Shown here: piece by piece, positions 11,116 through 22,761 of the stretch
Position numbering within the stretch: the stretch's first letter is position 1
Layout of the letters: every line of letters begins with the position of its first letter
DNA from: Escherichia coli
GTDB taxonomy: Bacteria > Pseudomonadota > Gammaproteobacteria > Enterobacterales > Enterobacteriaceae
NCBI RefSeq assembly: GCF_003334355.1
Contig: NZ_QOWP01000011.1
Direction: 5' to 3' (one strand)
Length of the DNA: 64,000 nucleotides
The notes under the pieces: model-generated
What the model was told of the DNA's origin: nothing
What the model saw: the letters and a program-made list of their open reading frames with translations, nothing else
Databases searched by the model: none
Program-made: the position numbers and the translations under genes

Positions 11116-11719
11116 TGTAGTAATCTCAAACTTATATTGGGGTGGTTTGTTGAGGTAATAATAGAGCCTTAAATTCAGTTGTGCAATAGCCAGGAATGTA
11201 AGGAATTCAAAATTGTTCTTTATTTTGTGCCGCCAATAAATATCTTTTCATAAAATTAGCCAGAAAAGACGCGGCATATAGCCCTATTTACACCGATGAT
11301 TTCGCAGCACGTGAGGTTAAAACTTCCTGATTCATGTCACATTTTATGGGGAGATTATCGTAGGCTGACGACCTTTCAGTCTTCTGTATTAGTTGTGTTT
11401 ACGAGAATTCCCTATTAAGCGAATGATGAAAAGTAGAACAGTCGCAATAAGAGCATGGACTTAGTATTGCACTATCTCCTGGAGGTCAACAGAGGGCTAT
11501 TACTTGCGCAACAGGTTAAAGATTGTGAATAGTTACCAGCAGTCATTTACCCGCTTATAACAAGCGAGGCAGTTGTAATGATAGCTCAGAAGGATTATGC
11601 AAGGCTTCGTAAGGGAGAACGCATATACCCACTTCTGTGCATACTGTTGAGCTGAAAAACTGACGAATTATGATAAACTCCAGCCAACTTTATTTCATAT
11701 CATTGAGGGCCTGTGGCTG

Positions 11720-12337
11720 ATGGCACAGCTATATTTCTACTATTCCGCAATGAATGCGGGTAAGTCTACAGCATTGTTGCAATCTTCATACAATTACCAG
11801 GAACGCGGCATGCGCACTGTCGTATATACGGCAGAAATTGATGATCGCTTTGGTGCCGGGAAAGTCAGTTCGCGTATAGGTTTGTCATCGCCTGCAAAAT
11901 TATTTAACCAAAATTCATCATTATTTGATGAGATTCGTGCGGAACATGAACAGCAGGCAATTCATTGCGTACTGGTTGATGAATGCCAGTTTTTAACCAG
12001 ACAACAAGTATATGAATTATCGGAGGTTGTCGATCAACTCGATATACCCGTACTTTGTTATGGTTTACGTACCGATTTTCGAGGTGAATTATTTATTGGC
12101 AGCCAATACTTACTGGCATGGTCCGACAAACTGGTTGAATTAAAAACCATCTGTTTTTGTGGCCGTAAAGCAAGCATGGTGCTGCGTCTTGATCAAGCAG
12201 GCAGACCTTATAACGAAGGTGAGCAGGTGGTAATTGGTGGTAATGAACGATACGTTTCTGTATGCCGTAAACACTATAAAGAGGCGTTACAAGTCGACTC
12301 ATTAACGGCTATTCAGGAAAGGCATCGCCACGATTAA
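11720..12337 (+). CDS. tdk: thymidine kinase
   Basis: 205 aa; P-loop NAGKST near the N-terminus and C-terminal Cys zinc ribbon. Confidence 0.95.
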   Translation: MAQLYFYYSAMNAGKSTALLQSSYNYQERGMRTVVYTAEIDDRFGAGKVSSRIGLSSPAKLFNQNSSLFDEIRAEHEQQAIHCVLVDECQFLTRQQVYELSEVVDQLDIPVLCYGLRTDFRGELFIGSQYLLAWSDKLVELKTICFCGRKASMVLRLDQAGRPYNEGEQVVIGGNERYVSVCRKHYKEALQVDSLTAIQERHRHD

Positions 12338-12351
12338 TAAGAATTTCTTTA

Positions 12352-12394
12352 CTGACAGGGTGAGCAGGGCACTTTTATCCTGTCAGTTCGTTTT
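12352..12394 (+). terminator. candidate terminator after tdk
   Basis: 8-bp stem ctgacagg/cctgtcag with large loop, followed by a T-rich tail; weaker than the others. Confidence 0.4.
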
Positions 12395-12618
12395 ACGCAC
12401 TTCTTCCGGGCTATATACCCTTCTCGGCAGTTTTTTAACGCCGCTATACGCCTCACAGGGCTCTTAAGCACCGACGTTGACTTGTGACCTGTAAAGTACA
12501 ATATCCCTGTGTTTAGGCGTTATACATCGTCGCAAATATGATGAAGGCTAATGCTGTCGGTTTATGGAAAAGTTGCTTTGGGTAAACAAAAAATACGGTC
12601 CCAGAAGGGCAATGCCGT

Positions 12619-13515
12619 TCACTTAAGAGGAGCGGCACTATGTTTCACAGGATAACGGGTTTTTGATATCTTAACCGACCTCGGCCTTGATGGTCGGGGG
12701 CGTTTTGTTATGAACACCACTTCCAGAGCACCCCGAAGATGCTCCAGTCGTTTCGGGATGGTCCCTGGTGACGCCGTGTTTCCCAGCTCTATCATTTCTG
12801 ATGCGATATTCTTCCACGCAGGCAGTAGCCAGTGGCGGTTACAACCCTTCTGGTTCAGCGTCAGCAGCAGGTCTTCGCTGTAAAAAAGTTTATCAAACAA
12901 CGTAATAGAGTTATCCGGGATGGTGGCGAGCATGGAGTGGGCCAGCACAGTTTCGCTCTGCCGGTAAGGTGCGGTCACGGCATTCAGCAGAATGTGACTT
13001 CCCAGGTTCATTAAGGCCACCAGACGCATAACCGGGTAGGCGTTCTGCCGCTTAGTGGATGTGTTGGCAGACCCATAATATTCACGCAGCTCGGGTTTAT
13101 CAGGTGTCCTGAACTGTGCGCCATCAATGGCAAAAAGTTGCAGGCCGTGCCAGTCATCCTTCAAGTAACGTTCCGCGCCCCTGTCTGTGCGGTCTGGCGG
13201 AAGAGCCATTCCACTGGGGCGGCCCCCACGCGCTGACGCGCCTGGGTGACAGCGCTGCGGGCCAGCAGGTTCATCCCCGCTTCGCCATCCGCGCTCAGGT
13301 TCAGACGGCGAACAACATCGGTAATTGGCTCATTGCACCACCATCCAGATAACCATGTCCCCCGGTAAACGACGGCGGCGAACGGTCGCATGAGCAGAAA
13401 ACGTCAGGCAGTGTTGTATCCACTCGGTGGGAAGGTGTTCTGCAAATAGTTGTGCAGAGGGCGGAGGCATAAGCGGATGGTCACTGAAATCGAGCAGATC
13501 ATTGAGAAGTGGCAT
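12619..13515 (-). pseudogene. insZ: degenerate IS4-family-like (DDE) transposase remnant, frameshifted into three ORF fragments (annotated insZ in K-12, as far as I recall)
   Basis: Three consecutive minus-strand ORFs (13330..13515, 13161..13391, 12619..13209) in different frames read as one transposase-like protein; no flanking inverted repeats identified. Confidence 0.6.
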
Positions 13516-13638
13516 AAGAAAACGGCTCCCTGTTGTGGAAGCCGTTATAGTGCCTCAGTTTAAGGATCGGTCAACTAATCCTTAACTGATCGGCATTGCC
13601 CAGAAGGGGCCGTTTATGTTGCCAGACAGCGCTACTGA

Positions 13639-16314
13639 TTAAGCGGATTTTTTCGCTTTTTTCTCAGCTTTAGCCGGAGCAGCTTCTTTCTTCGCTGCAG
13701 TTTCACCTTCTACATAATCACGACCGTAGTAGGTATCCAGCAGAATCTGTTTCAGCTCGGAGATCAGCGGGTAACGCGGGTTAGCGCCGGTGCACTGGTC
13801 ATCGAATGCATCTTCAGACAGTTTATCCACGTTCGCCAGGAAGTCTGCTTCCTGAACGCCAGCTTCACGGATAGATTTCGGAATACCCAGTTCAGCTTTC
13901 AGCGTTTCCAGCCATGCCAGCAGTTTCTCGATCTTAGCAGCAGTACGGTCGCCCGGTGCGCTCAGACCCAAGTGGTCGGCAATTTCAGCATAACGACGGC
14001 GAGCCTGCGGACGGTCATACTGGCTGAATGCAGTCTGCTTGGTCGGGTTGTCGTTCGCATTGTAGCGAATAACGTTACAAATCAGCAGGGCGTTTGCCAG
14101 ACCGTGCGGAATATGGAACTGGGAACCCAGTTTGTGCGCCATTGAGTGACATACACCCAGGAAGGCGTTCGCAAACGCGATACCCGCGATAGTCGCTGCA
14201 CTGTGAACACGTTCACGCGCTACCGGATTTTTAGACCCTTCGTGGTAGGACGCTGGCAGATATTCTTTCAGCAGTTTCAGTGCCTGCAGAGCCTGACCAT
14301 CAGAGAACTCAGATGCCAGTACAGAAACATAAGCTTCCATGGCGTGAGTTACTGCGTCCAGACCACCGAAAGCACACAGGGACTTCGGCATGTCCATAAC
14401 CAGGTTGGCGTCGACAATCGCCATATCCGGAGTCAGCGCATAGTCTGCCAGCGGATATTTCTGACCAGTAGCGTCGTCAGTTACAACCGCAAACGGAGTG
14501 ACTTCAGAACCTGTACCAGAAGTGGTGGTGACAGCGATCATTTTCGCTTTCACGCCCATTTTCGGGAACTTGTAGATACGTTTACGGATATCCATAAAGC
14601 GCAGCGCCAGCTCTTCGAAGTGAGTTTCCGGATGTTCGTACATAACCCACATGATCTTCGCGGCGTCCATCGGGGAACCACCACCCAGCGCGATAATCAC
14701 GTCTGGTTTGAAGGAGTTTGCCAGTTCTGCACCTTTACGAACGATGCTCAGGGTCGGGTCCGCTTCTACTTCGAAGAAGACTTCAGTTTCAACGCCTGCT
14801 GCTTTCAGTACGGAAGTGATCTGATCAGCATAACCATTGTTGAACAGGAAGCGGTCAGTCACGATGAGCGCACGTTTGTGGCCATCAGTAATCACTTCAT
14901 CCAGCGCGATTGGCAGGGAGCCACGGCGGAAGTAGATAGATTTCGGAAGTTTGTGCCACAACATGTTTTCAGCTCGCTTAGCAACGGTTTTCTTGTTGAT
15001 CAGGTGTTTCGGACCAACGTTTTCAGAGATGGAGTTACCACCCCAAGAACCACAACCCAGAGTCAGGGAAGGTGCGAGTTTGAAGTTATACAGGTCACCG
15101 ATACCACCCTGAGACGCTGGGGTGTTAATCAGGATACGCGCCGTTTTCATTTTCTGACCGAAGTAAGAAACGCGAGCCGGTTGGTTATCCTGGTCAGTGT
15201 ACAGGCAAGAGGTATGACCGATACCGCCCATAGCAACCAGTTTCTCTGCTTTTTCTACCGCGTCTTCGAAATCTTTAGCGCGGTACATTGCCAGAGTCGG
15301 GGACAGTTTTTCATGTGCGAACGGTTCGCTTTCATCAACAACGGTCACTTCACCGATCAGAATCTTGGTGTTTTCTGGTACAGAGAAGCCTGCCAGTTCA
15401 GCAATTTTATAGGCTGGCTGACCAACGATAGCCGCGTTCAGCGCACCGTTTTTCAGGATAACATCCTGAACAGCTTTCAGCTCTTTACCCTGCAACAGAT
15501 AGCCGCCGTGGGTTGCAAAACGTTCACGTACAGCATCATAAACAGAGTCAACAACAACAACAGACTGTTCAGAAGCACAGATTACGCCGTTGTCGAAGGT
15601 TTTGGACATCAGTACAGATGCAACTGCACGTTTGATATCAGCAGTTTCATCGATAACAACTGGAGTGTTGCCCGCGCCTACACCGATAGCTGGTTTACCG
15701 GAGCTGTATGCGGCTTTAACCATGCCCGGACCACCAGTCGCGAGGATCAGGTTGATGTCTGGGTGGTGCATCAGTGCGTTAGACAGTTCAACAGAAGGTT
15801 GATCGATCCAGCCGATCAGATCTTTCGGAGCACCGGCAGCGATAGCAGCCTGCAGAACGATATCAGCCGCTTTGTTGGTGGCATCTTTTGCACGCGGGTG
15901 CGGGGAGAAGATAATGGCGTTACGGGTCTTCAGACTGATCAGCGATTTGAAGATAGCAGTTGAAGTCGGGTTAGTGGTCGGAACGATACCGCAAATAATA
16001 CCGATTGGTTCAGCGATAGTGATGGTACCAAAAGTGTCGTCTTCAGACAGAACACCACAGGTTTTTTCATCTTTATAGGCGTTGTAGATATATTCAGAAG
16101 CAAAGTGGTTTTTGATCACTTTATCTTCGACGATACCCATGCCGGATTCGGCAACGGCCATTTTCGCGAGTGGGATTCGAGCATCTGCAGCAGCCAGAGC
16201 GGCGGCGCGGAAGATTTTGTCTACTTGCTCTTGAGTGAAACTGGCATATTCACGCTGGGCTTTTTTTACACGCTCTACGAGTGCGTTAAGTTCAGCGACA
16301 TTAGTAACAGCCAT
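13639..16314 (-). CDS. adhE: bifunctional acetaldehyde-CoA / alcohol dehydrogenase
   Basis: 891 aa; N-terminal aldehyde dehydrogenase and C-terminal iron-containing alcohol dehydrogenase domains; long untranslated leader upstream (16315..16790). Confidence 0.97.
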
Positions 16315-16790
16315 AATGCTCTCCTGATAATGTTAAACTTTTTTAGTAAATCATCTGCTCGAATACGAGAGTATAGTCAGTGCGGTGATGATTTGCTTAA
16401 CCTATGAAAATCAAAAGCTTACTCGCGCTCACACTCACTGTGATTTACTAAAAGAGTTTAAACATTAGAGTTATTATCTCTAATGCGTCACTTCCAGGTG
16501 GCGTAAGCAAGATTACTCACTTCTGGGTACTGATTACGTGATCCAAATCAAATTTTTGCAAAGCTGACACCTTTCAGCATCGCTTTTCGCCATTATAGCT
16601 AACAGTTAATAAATTGTAGTATGATTTGGTGGCTACATTAGCATGTTTTGCACAACTAGATAACAATAACGAATGATAGCAATTTTAAGTAGTTAGGAGG
16701 TGAAAAATGCTGTCAAAAGGCGTATTGTCAGCGCGTCTTTTCAACCTTATTTATGGCTAACATTATCCGGCTTTTGCTTCGGAGCTAACC

Positions 16791-17438
16791 GTGATTCAGA
16801 CCTTTTTTGATTTTCCCGTTTACTTCAAATTTTTCATCGGGTTATTTGCGCTGGTCAACCCGGTAGGGATTATTCCCGTCTTTATCAGCATGACCAGTTA
16901 TCAGACAGCGGCAGCGCGAAACAAAACTAACCTTACAGCCAACCTGTCTGTGGCCATTATCTTGTGGATCTCGCTTTTTCTCGGCGACACGATTCTGCAA
17001 CTTTTTGGTATATCAATTGATTCGTTCCGTATCGCCGGGGGCATCCTGGTGGTGACGATAGCGATGTCGATGATCAGCGGCAAGCTTGGCGAGGATAAAC
17101 AGAACAAGCAAGAAAAATCAGAAACCGCGGTACGTGAAAGCATTGGTGTGGTGCCATTGGCGTTGCCGTTGATGGCGGGGCCAGGGGCGATCAGTTCTAC
17201 CATCGTCTGGGGTACGCGTTATCACAGCATTAGCTATCTGTTTGGTTTCTTTGTGGCTATTGCATTGTTCGCTTTATGTTGCTGGGGATTGTTCCGCATG
17301 GCACCGTGGCTGGTACGGGTTTTACGCCAGACCGGCATCAACGTGATTACGCGTATTATGGGGCTATTGCTGATGGCATTGGGGATTGAATTTATCGTTA
17401 CTGGTATTAAGGGGATTTTCCCCGGCCTGCTTAATTAA
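16791..17438 (+). CDS. ychE: MarC-family (UPF0056) inner membrane protein
   Basis: 215 aa multi-pass hydrophobic ORF, GTG start. Confidence 0.88.
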   Translation: MIQTFFDFPVYFKFFIGLFALVNPVGIIPVFISMTSYQTAAARNKTNLTANLSVAIILWISLFLGDTILQLFGISIDSFRIAGGILVVTIAMSMISGKLGEDKQNKQEKSETAVRESIGVVPLALPLMAGPGAISSTIVWGTRYHSISYLFGFFVAIALFALCCWGLFRMAPWLVRVLRQTGINVITRIMGLLLMALGIEFIVTGIKGIFPGLLN

Positions 17439-18175
17439 TTCCTTTCAAATGAAACGGAGCTGCCATGCTCCGTTTACTTCGTCATTATTTTTACTTTGTT
17501 CCCGCGCAGTTATCAAAAGCAAAAGGAATAGGTAAAAATATTCTTCTCAAATTACAGTTAGTTATAAGGATTTCCTTAACTGCTTCTCCTCACCATCATG
17601 TTATTTTCGCCACATCATAATCCTGGGCTTGCTGAAGAATAATTGAAATGATATTAGTAATTCCACTGCCTTTGGTAGAGGAAAGTGCTAAATAATAATC
17701 AATTGTTAAATTATTGTGCATTTCACTACTGGAACTGTAATCAGAAAAGATAGACATGCTTAGCCAATCTCTATTTGATTGAATTGAAAGATGTTTGTTA
17801 AGGCATGGATGCAAGCTATAGATTCTGATACGGTCAATAAAAGAGAATTGCTTAACAATTTTGCAAAATGTATTGGCGAGTAAGAACCGCATTTGGTACT
17901 TTCCGGGCAACCGCCAGACGATTCTTTATTGGTAATGAGAATAATTAACAATTAAAGAGCGTCGCGAAAGAATAATGTGTCTCGACAGGGGAGACACAGT
18001 ACGAATCGACATAAGGTGATCGTCTGAATCACCAGAATAAATAAAGTCGGTGATAGTAATACGTAACGATAAAGTAACCTGACAGCAGAAAGTCTCCGAG
18101 CCTGTGCAGGGTCCCAATCCGGGATTACACATGCTGGTTAATACCAGTAATTATAATGAGGGAGTCCAAAAAACA

Positions 18176-19807
18176 ATGACCAACATCACCAAGAGAAGTT
18201 TAGTAGCAGCTGGCGTTCTGGCTGCGCTAATGGCAGGGAATGTCGCGCTGGCAGCTGATGTACCCGCAGGCGTCACACTGGCGGAAAAACAAACACTGGT
18301 ACGTAACAATGGTTCAGAAGTTCAGTCATTAGATCCGCACAAAATTGAAGGTGTTCCGGAGTCTAATATCAGCCGAGACCTGTTTGAAGGCTTACTGGTC
18401 AGCGATCTTGACGGTCATCCAGCACCTGGCGTCGCTGAATCCTGGGATAATAAAGACGCGAAAGTCTGGACCTTCCATTTGCGTAAAGATGCGAAATGGT
18501 CTGATGGCACGCCAGTCACAGCACAAGACTTTGTGTATAGCTGGCAACGTTCTGTTGATCCGAACACTGCTTCTCCGTATGCCAGTTATCTGCAATATGG
18601 GCATATCGCCGGTATTGATGAAATTCTTGAAGGGAAAAAACCGATTACCGATCTCGGCGTGAAAGCTATTGATGATCACACATTAGAAGTCACCTTAAGT
18701 GAACCCGTTCCGTACTTCTATAAATTACTTGTTCACCCATCAACTTCACCGGTGCCAAAAGCCGCTATCGAGAAATTCGGCGAAAAATGGACCCAGCCTG
18801 GTAATATCGTCACCAACGGTGCCTATACCTTAAAAGATTGGGTCGTAAACGAACGAATCGTTCTTGAACGCAGCCCGACCTACTGGAACAACGCGAAAAC
18901 CGTTATTAACCAGGTAACCTATTTGCCTATTGCTTCTGAAGTTACCGATGTCAACCGCTACCGTAGTGGTGAAATCGACATGACTTATAACAACATGCCG
19001 ATCGAATTGTTCCAGAAGCTGAAAAAAGAGATCCCGGACGAAGTTCACGTTGATCCATACCTGTGCACTTACTATTACGAAATTAACAACCAGAAACCGC
19101 CATTCAACGATGTGCGTGTGCGTACCGCACTGAAACTAGGTATGGACCGCGATATCATTGTTAATAAAGTGAAAGCGCAGGGCGACATGCCCGCCTATGG
19201 TTACACTCCACCGTATACTGATGGCGCAAAATTGACTCAGCCGGAATGGTTTGGCTGGAGCCAGGAAAAACGTAACGAAGAAGCGAAAAAACTGCTGGCT
19301 GAAGCGGGTTATACCGCAGACAAACCGTTGACCATCAACCTGTTGTATAACACCTCCGATCTGCATAAAAAGCTGGCGATTGCTGCCTCTTCATTGTGGA
19401 AGAAAAACATTGGTGTAAACGTCAAACTGGTTAACCAGGAGTGGAAAACGTTCCTCGACACCCGTCACCAGGGTACTTTTGATGTGGCCCGTGCAGGCTG
19501 GTGTGCTGACTACAACGAACCAACTTCCTTCCTGAACACCATGCTTTCGAACAGCTCGATGAATACCGCGCATTATAAGAGCCCGGCCTTTGACAGCATT
19601 ATGGCGGAAACGCTGAAAGTGACTGACGAGGCGCAGCGCACAGCTCTGTACACTAAAGCAGAACAACAGCTGGATAAGGATTCGGCCATTGTTCCTGTTT
19701 ATTACTACGTGAATGCGCGTCTGGTGAAACCGTGGGTTGGTGGCTATACCGGCAAAGATCCGCTGGATAATACCTATACCCGGAATATGTACATTGTGAA
19801 GCACTAA
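18176..19807 (+). CDS. oppA: oligopeptide ABC transporter periplasmic binding protein
   Basis: ORF track 18104..19807 trimmed to the ATG at 18176 (543 aa) preceded by RBS gagggag; signal peptide then SBP family 5 body. Confidence 0.95.
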   Translation: MTNITKRSLVAAGVLAALMAGNVALAADVPAGVTLAEKQTLVRNNGSEVQSLDPHKIEGVPESNISRDLFEGLLVSDLDGHPAPGVAESWDNKDAKVWTFHLRKDAKWSDGTPVTAQDFVYSWQRSVDPNTASPYASYLQYGHIAGIDEILEGKKPITDLGVKAIDDHTLEVTLSEPVPYFYKLLVHPSTSPVPKAAIEKFGEKWTQPGNIVTNGAYTLKDWVVNERIVLERSPTYWNNAKTVINQVTYLPIASEVTDVNRYRSGEIDMTYNNMPIELFQKLKKEIPDEVHVDPYLCTYYYEINNQKPPFNDVRVRTALKLGMDRDIIVNKVKAQGDMPAYGYTPPYTDGAKLTQPEWFGWSQEKRNEEAKKLLAEAGYTADKPLTINLLYNTSDLHKKLAIAASSLWKKNIGVNVKLVNQEWKTFLDTRHQGTFDVARAGWCADYNEPTSFLNTMLSNSSMNTAHYKSPAFDSIMAETLKVTDEAQRTALYTKAEQQLDKDSAIVPVYYYVNARLVKPWVGGYTGKDPLDNTYTRNMYIVKH

Positions 19808-19892
19808 TGGCAATACGTGGGGCAGGAGTGTCCTGCTCCACGGTGTCTGATTTTTATCGCATTACAGAAGGCACAGGCCAGAAGGTAGGGCA

Positions 19893-20813
19893 ATGTTAAA
19901 ATTTATTCTACGTCGCTGTCTGGAAGCGATTCCGACGCTATTTATTCTTATTACTATTTCGTTCTTTATGATGCGCCTCGCGCCGGGAAGCCCTTTTACC
20001 GGCGAACGTACTTTACCGCCAGAAGTGATGGCCAATATCGAAGCGAAATATCATCTTAATGATCCGATCATGACACAGTATTTCAGCTACCTGAAACAAC
20101 TGGCGCACGGTGATTTCGGTCCATCGTTTAAATATAAAGATTATTCGGTCAATGACTTGGTTGCATCCAGTTTTCCCGTTTCTGCCAAACTGGGAGCCGC
20201 AGCATTTTTCCTTGCGGTAATACTGGGTGTTAGTGCTGGCGTTATTGCCGCATTAAAACAAAACACCAAATGGGACTATACCGTGATGGGGCTGGCAATG
20301 ACCGGGGTTGTTATCCCCAGTTTTGTGGTTGCACCATTATTAGTCATGATATTTGCGATCATTTTGCATTGGCTGCCGGGCGGTGGCTGGAATGGTGGGG
20401 CGCTTAAATTCATGATATTGCCGATGGTGGCGTTGTCACTCGCTTATATCGCCAGTATTGCGCGTATTACCCGTGGCTCTATGATTGAAGTATTACACTC
20501 CAATTTTATTCGTACTGCCCGGGCGAAAGGGTTACCTATGCGGCGGATCATTTTACGTCACGCATTAAAACCTGCTCTGTTACCCGTGCTCTCTTATATG
20601 GGCCCCGCATTTGTCGGCATTATTACCGGTTCTATGGTTATCGAAACCATTTATGGTTTGCCGGGGATTGGACAACTGTTCGTTAATGGCGCATTGAACC
20701 GTGACTATTCCTTAGTGTTAAGCCTGACCATCCTGGTTGGTGCTTTAACCATTTTGTTTAATGCCATTGTCGATGTGCTATATGCGGTTATCGACCCGAA
20801 AATCCGTTACTGA
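19893..20813 (+). CDS. oppB: oligopeptide ABC transporter permease
   Basis: 306 aa membrane protein with ABC permease signature; operon context. Confidence 0.95.
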   Translation: MLKFILRRCLEAIPTLFILITISFFMMRLAPGSPFTGERTLPPEVMANIEAKYHLNDPIMTQYFSYLKQLAHGDFGPSFKYKDYSVNDLVASSFPVSAKLGAAAFFLAVILGVSAGVIAALKQNTKWDYTVMGLAMTGVVIPSFVVAPLLVMIFAIILHWLPGGGWNGGALKFMILPMVALSLAYIASIARITRGSMIEVLHSNFIRTARAKGLPMRRIILRHALKPALLPVLSYMGPAFVGIITGSMVIETIYGLPGIGQLFVNGALNRDYSLVLSLTILVGALTILFNAIVDVLYAVIDPKIRY

Positions 20814-20827
20814 TACTGGAGCTCGCG

Positions 20828-21736
20828 ATGATGTTAAGTAAGAAAAACAGCGAGACGCTGGAAAATTTCAGTGAAAAGCTGGAGGTCGAAGGGCGCAGCT
20901 TGTGGCAGGACGCACGTCGACGTTTTATGCATAACCGTGCGGCGGTTGCCAGTCTGATAGTGCTGGTGCTGATCGCGTTATTTGTAATCCTGGCACCGAT
21001 GCTTTCCCAGTTTGCCTATGACGATACTGACTGGGCGATGATGTCCAGCGCCCCGGATATGGAGTCCGGTCACTACTTTGGTACTGACTCATCCGGTCGC
21101 GACCTGCTTGTGCGCGTTGCGATTGGCGGGCGTATCTCACTCATGGTCGGTGTTGCTGCGGCACTGGTGGCTGTGGTCGTCGGGACACTTTATGGTTCGC
21201 TTTCCGGTTATCTGGGCGGTAAAGTGGATTCGGTAATGATGCGTCTGCTGGAAATCCTCAACTCCTTCCCATTCATGTTCTTCGTCATTTTGCTGGTGAC
21301 CTTTTTCGGTCAAAACATCCTGCTGATTTTCGTGGCGATAGGCATGGTTTCCTGGCTGGATATGGCTCGTATTGTGCGTGGGCAAACCCTGAGTCTGAAG
21401 CGCAAAGAGTTTATTGAGGCGGCACAAGTTGGCGGTGTATCGACATCGGGCATTGTTATTCGCCACATTGTGCCGAATGTACTCGGTGTGGTGGTGGTCT
21501 ACGCATCACTTCTGGTGCCCAGCATGATCCTCTTTGAATCTTTCCTTAGCTTCCTGGGGTTGGGTACGCAAGAGCCGTTAAGCAGCTGGGGTGCATTGCT
21601 GAGTGATGGCGCGAACTCGATGGAAGTCTCTCCATGGTTATTGTTGTTCCCAGCGGGATTCCTCGTGGTGACGCTGTTTTGTTTCAACTTTATCGGCGAT
21701 GGCTTGCGTGATGCCCTCGACCCGAAAGATCGTTAA
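20828..21736 (+). CDS. oppC: oligopeptide ABC transporter permease
   Basis: 302 aa membrane protein; operon context. Confidence 0.95.
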   Translation: MMLSKKNSETLENFSEKLEVEGRSLWQDARRRFMHNRAAVASLIVLVLIALFVILAPMLSQFAYDDTDWAMMSSAPDMESGHYFGTDSSGRDLLVRVAIGGRISLMVGVAAALVAVVVGTLYGSLSGYLGGKVDSVMMRLLEILNSFPFMFFVILLVTFFGQNILLIFVAIGMVSWLDMARIVRGQTLSLKRKEFIEAAQVGGVSTSGIVIRHIVPNVLGVVVVYASLLVPSMILFESFLSFLGLGTQEPLSSWGALLSDGANSMEVSPWLLLFPAGFLVVTLFCFNFIGDGLRDALDPKDR

Positions 21737-21747
21737 GGAGTGCAGCC

Positions 21748-22761
21748 ATGAGCGTAATTGAAACTGCAACTGTGCCGCTCGCACAACAACAGGCTGACGC
21801 ACTGCTGAACGTGAAAGATTTGCGTGTCACCTTTAGTACCCCGGACGGCGACGTCACGGCGGTCAATGATTTGAATTTTTCCCTACGTGCCGGAGAAACG
21901 CTGGGTATTGTAGGTGAGTCTGGTTCGGGTAAATCGCAAACTGCATTTGCGTTGATGGGCCTGTTGGCTGCCAACGGACGTATTGGCGGATCGGCAACCT
22001 TCAATGGGCGTGAAATCCTCAATTTGCCAGAGCATGAACTCAATAAACTGCGCGCTGAACAAATCTCAATGATTTTTCAGGACCCAATGACTTCGTTGAA
22101 TCCCTATATGCGCGTCGGTGAGCAGTTAATGGAAGTGCTGATGCTGCATAAGAACATGAGCAAAGCTGAGGCGTTTGAAGAGTCGGTGCGGATGCTCGAT
22201 GCGGTAAAAATGCCGGAAGCGCGTAAACGCATGAAAATGTACCCGCACGAATTTTCTGGCGGCATGCGTCAGCGAGTCATGATTGCGATGGCATTGCTAT
22301 GTCGACCTAAGCTACTGATTGCGGATGAACCCACTACTGCGCTGGACGTCACCGTACAGGCGCAGATCATGACGCTATTAAATGAACTGAAGCGGGAATT
22401 TAATACCGCCATCATTATGATCACCCACGATCTTGGCGTGGTGGCGGGGATCTGCGACAAAGTGCTGGTAATGTACGCCGGGCGCACGATGGAATATGGC
22501 AATGCGCGCGATGTCTTTTATCAACCCGTTCATCCTTATTCTATCGGTTTGCTCAACGCGGTGCCGCGTCTTGATGCGGAAGGTGAAACAATGTTGACCA
22601 TCCCTGGTAATCCGCCAAACTTGCTGCGATTACCGAAAGGTTGCCCGTTCCAGCCACGTTGTCCACATGCGATGGAAATTTGTAGTAGCGCACCGCCGCT
22701 GGAAGAGTTTACGCCTGGCCGTCTGCGTGCTTGCTTTAAACCGGTGGAGGAACTGTTATGA
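21748..22761 (+). CDS. oppD: oligopeptide ABC transporter ATP-binding protein
   Basis: 337 aa; Walker A GESGSGKS, LSGG signature, Walker B. Confidence 0.95.
   Translation: MSVIETATVPLAQQQADALLNVKDLRVTFSTPDGDVTAVNDLNFSLRAGETLGIVGESGSGKSQTAFALMGLLAANGRIGGSATFNGREILNLPEHELNKLRAEQISMIFQDPMTSLNPYMRVGEQLMEVLMLHKNMSKAEAFEESVRMLDAVKMPEARKRMKMYPHEFSGGMRQRVMIAMALLCRPKLLIADEPTTALDVTVQAQIMTLLNELKREFNTAIIMITHDLGVVAGICDKVLVMYAGRTMEYGNARDVFYQPVHPYSIGLLNAVPRLDAEGETMLTIPGNPPNLLRLPKGCPFQPRCPHAMEICSSAPPLEEFTPGRLRACFKPVEELL

Noticed and set aside
11116-11719. 600-bp AT-rich divergent intergenic region between hns and tdk, considered as a possible horizontally acquired islet or sRNA locus
   Set aside because: Consistent with the extended, curved, autoregulated hns promoter region; no ORF with coding signal and no terminator-bounded small RNA structure that I could define.
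14146-15963. 605-aa plus-strand ORF antisense to adhE
   Set aside because: Entirely inside adhE on the opposite strand; translation is low-complexity and Arg/Ser/Thr-rich as expected from reverse-reading a codon-biased gene; the track start is not a canonical initiation context.
16315-16790. 476-bp non-coding region upstream of adhE, considered for a missed small gene
   Set aside because: adhE is known to have a long structured 5' leader and multiple promoters; no ORF of convincing coding character is present here.
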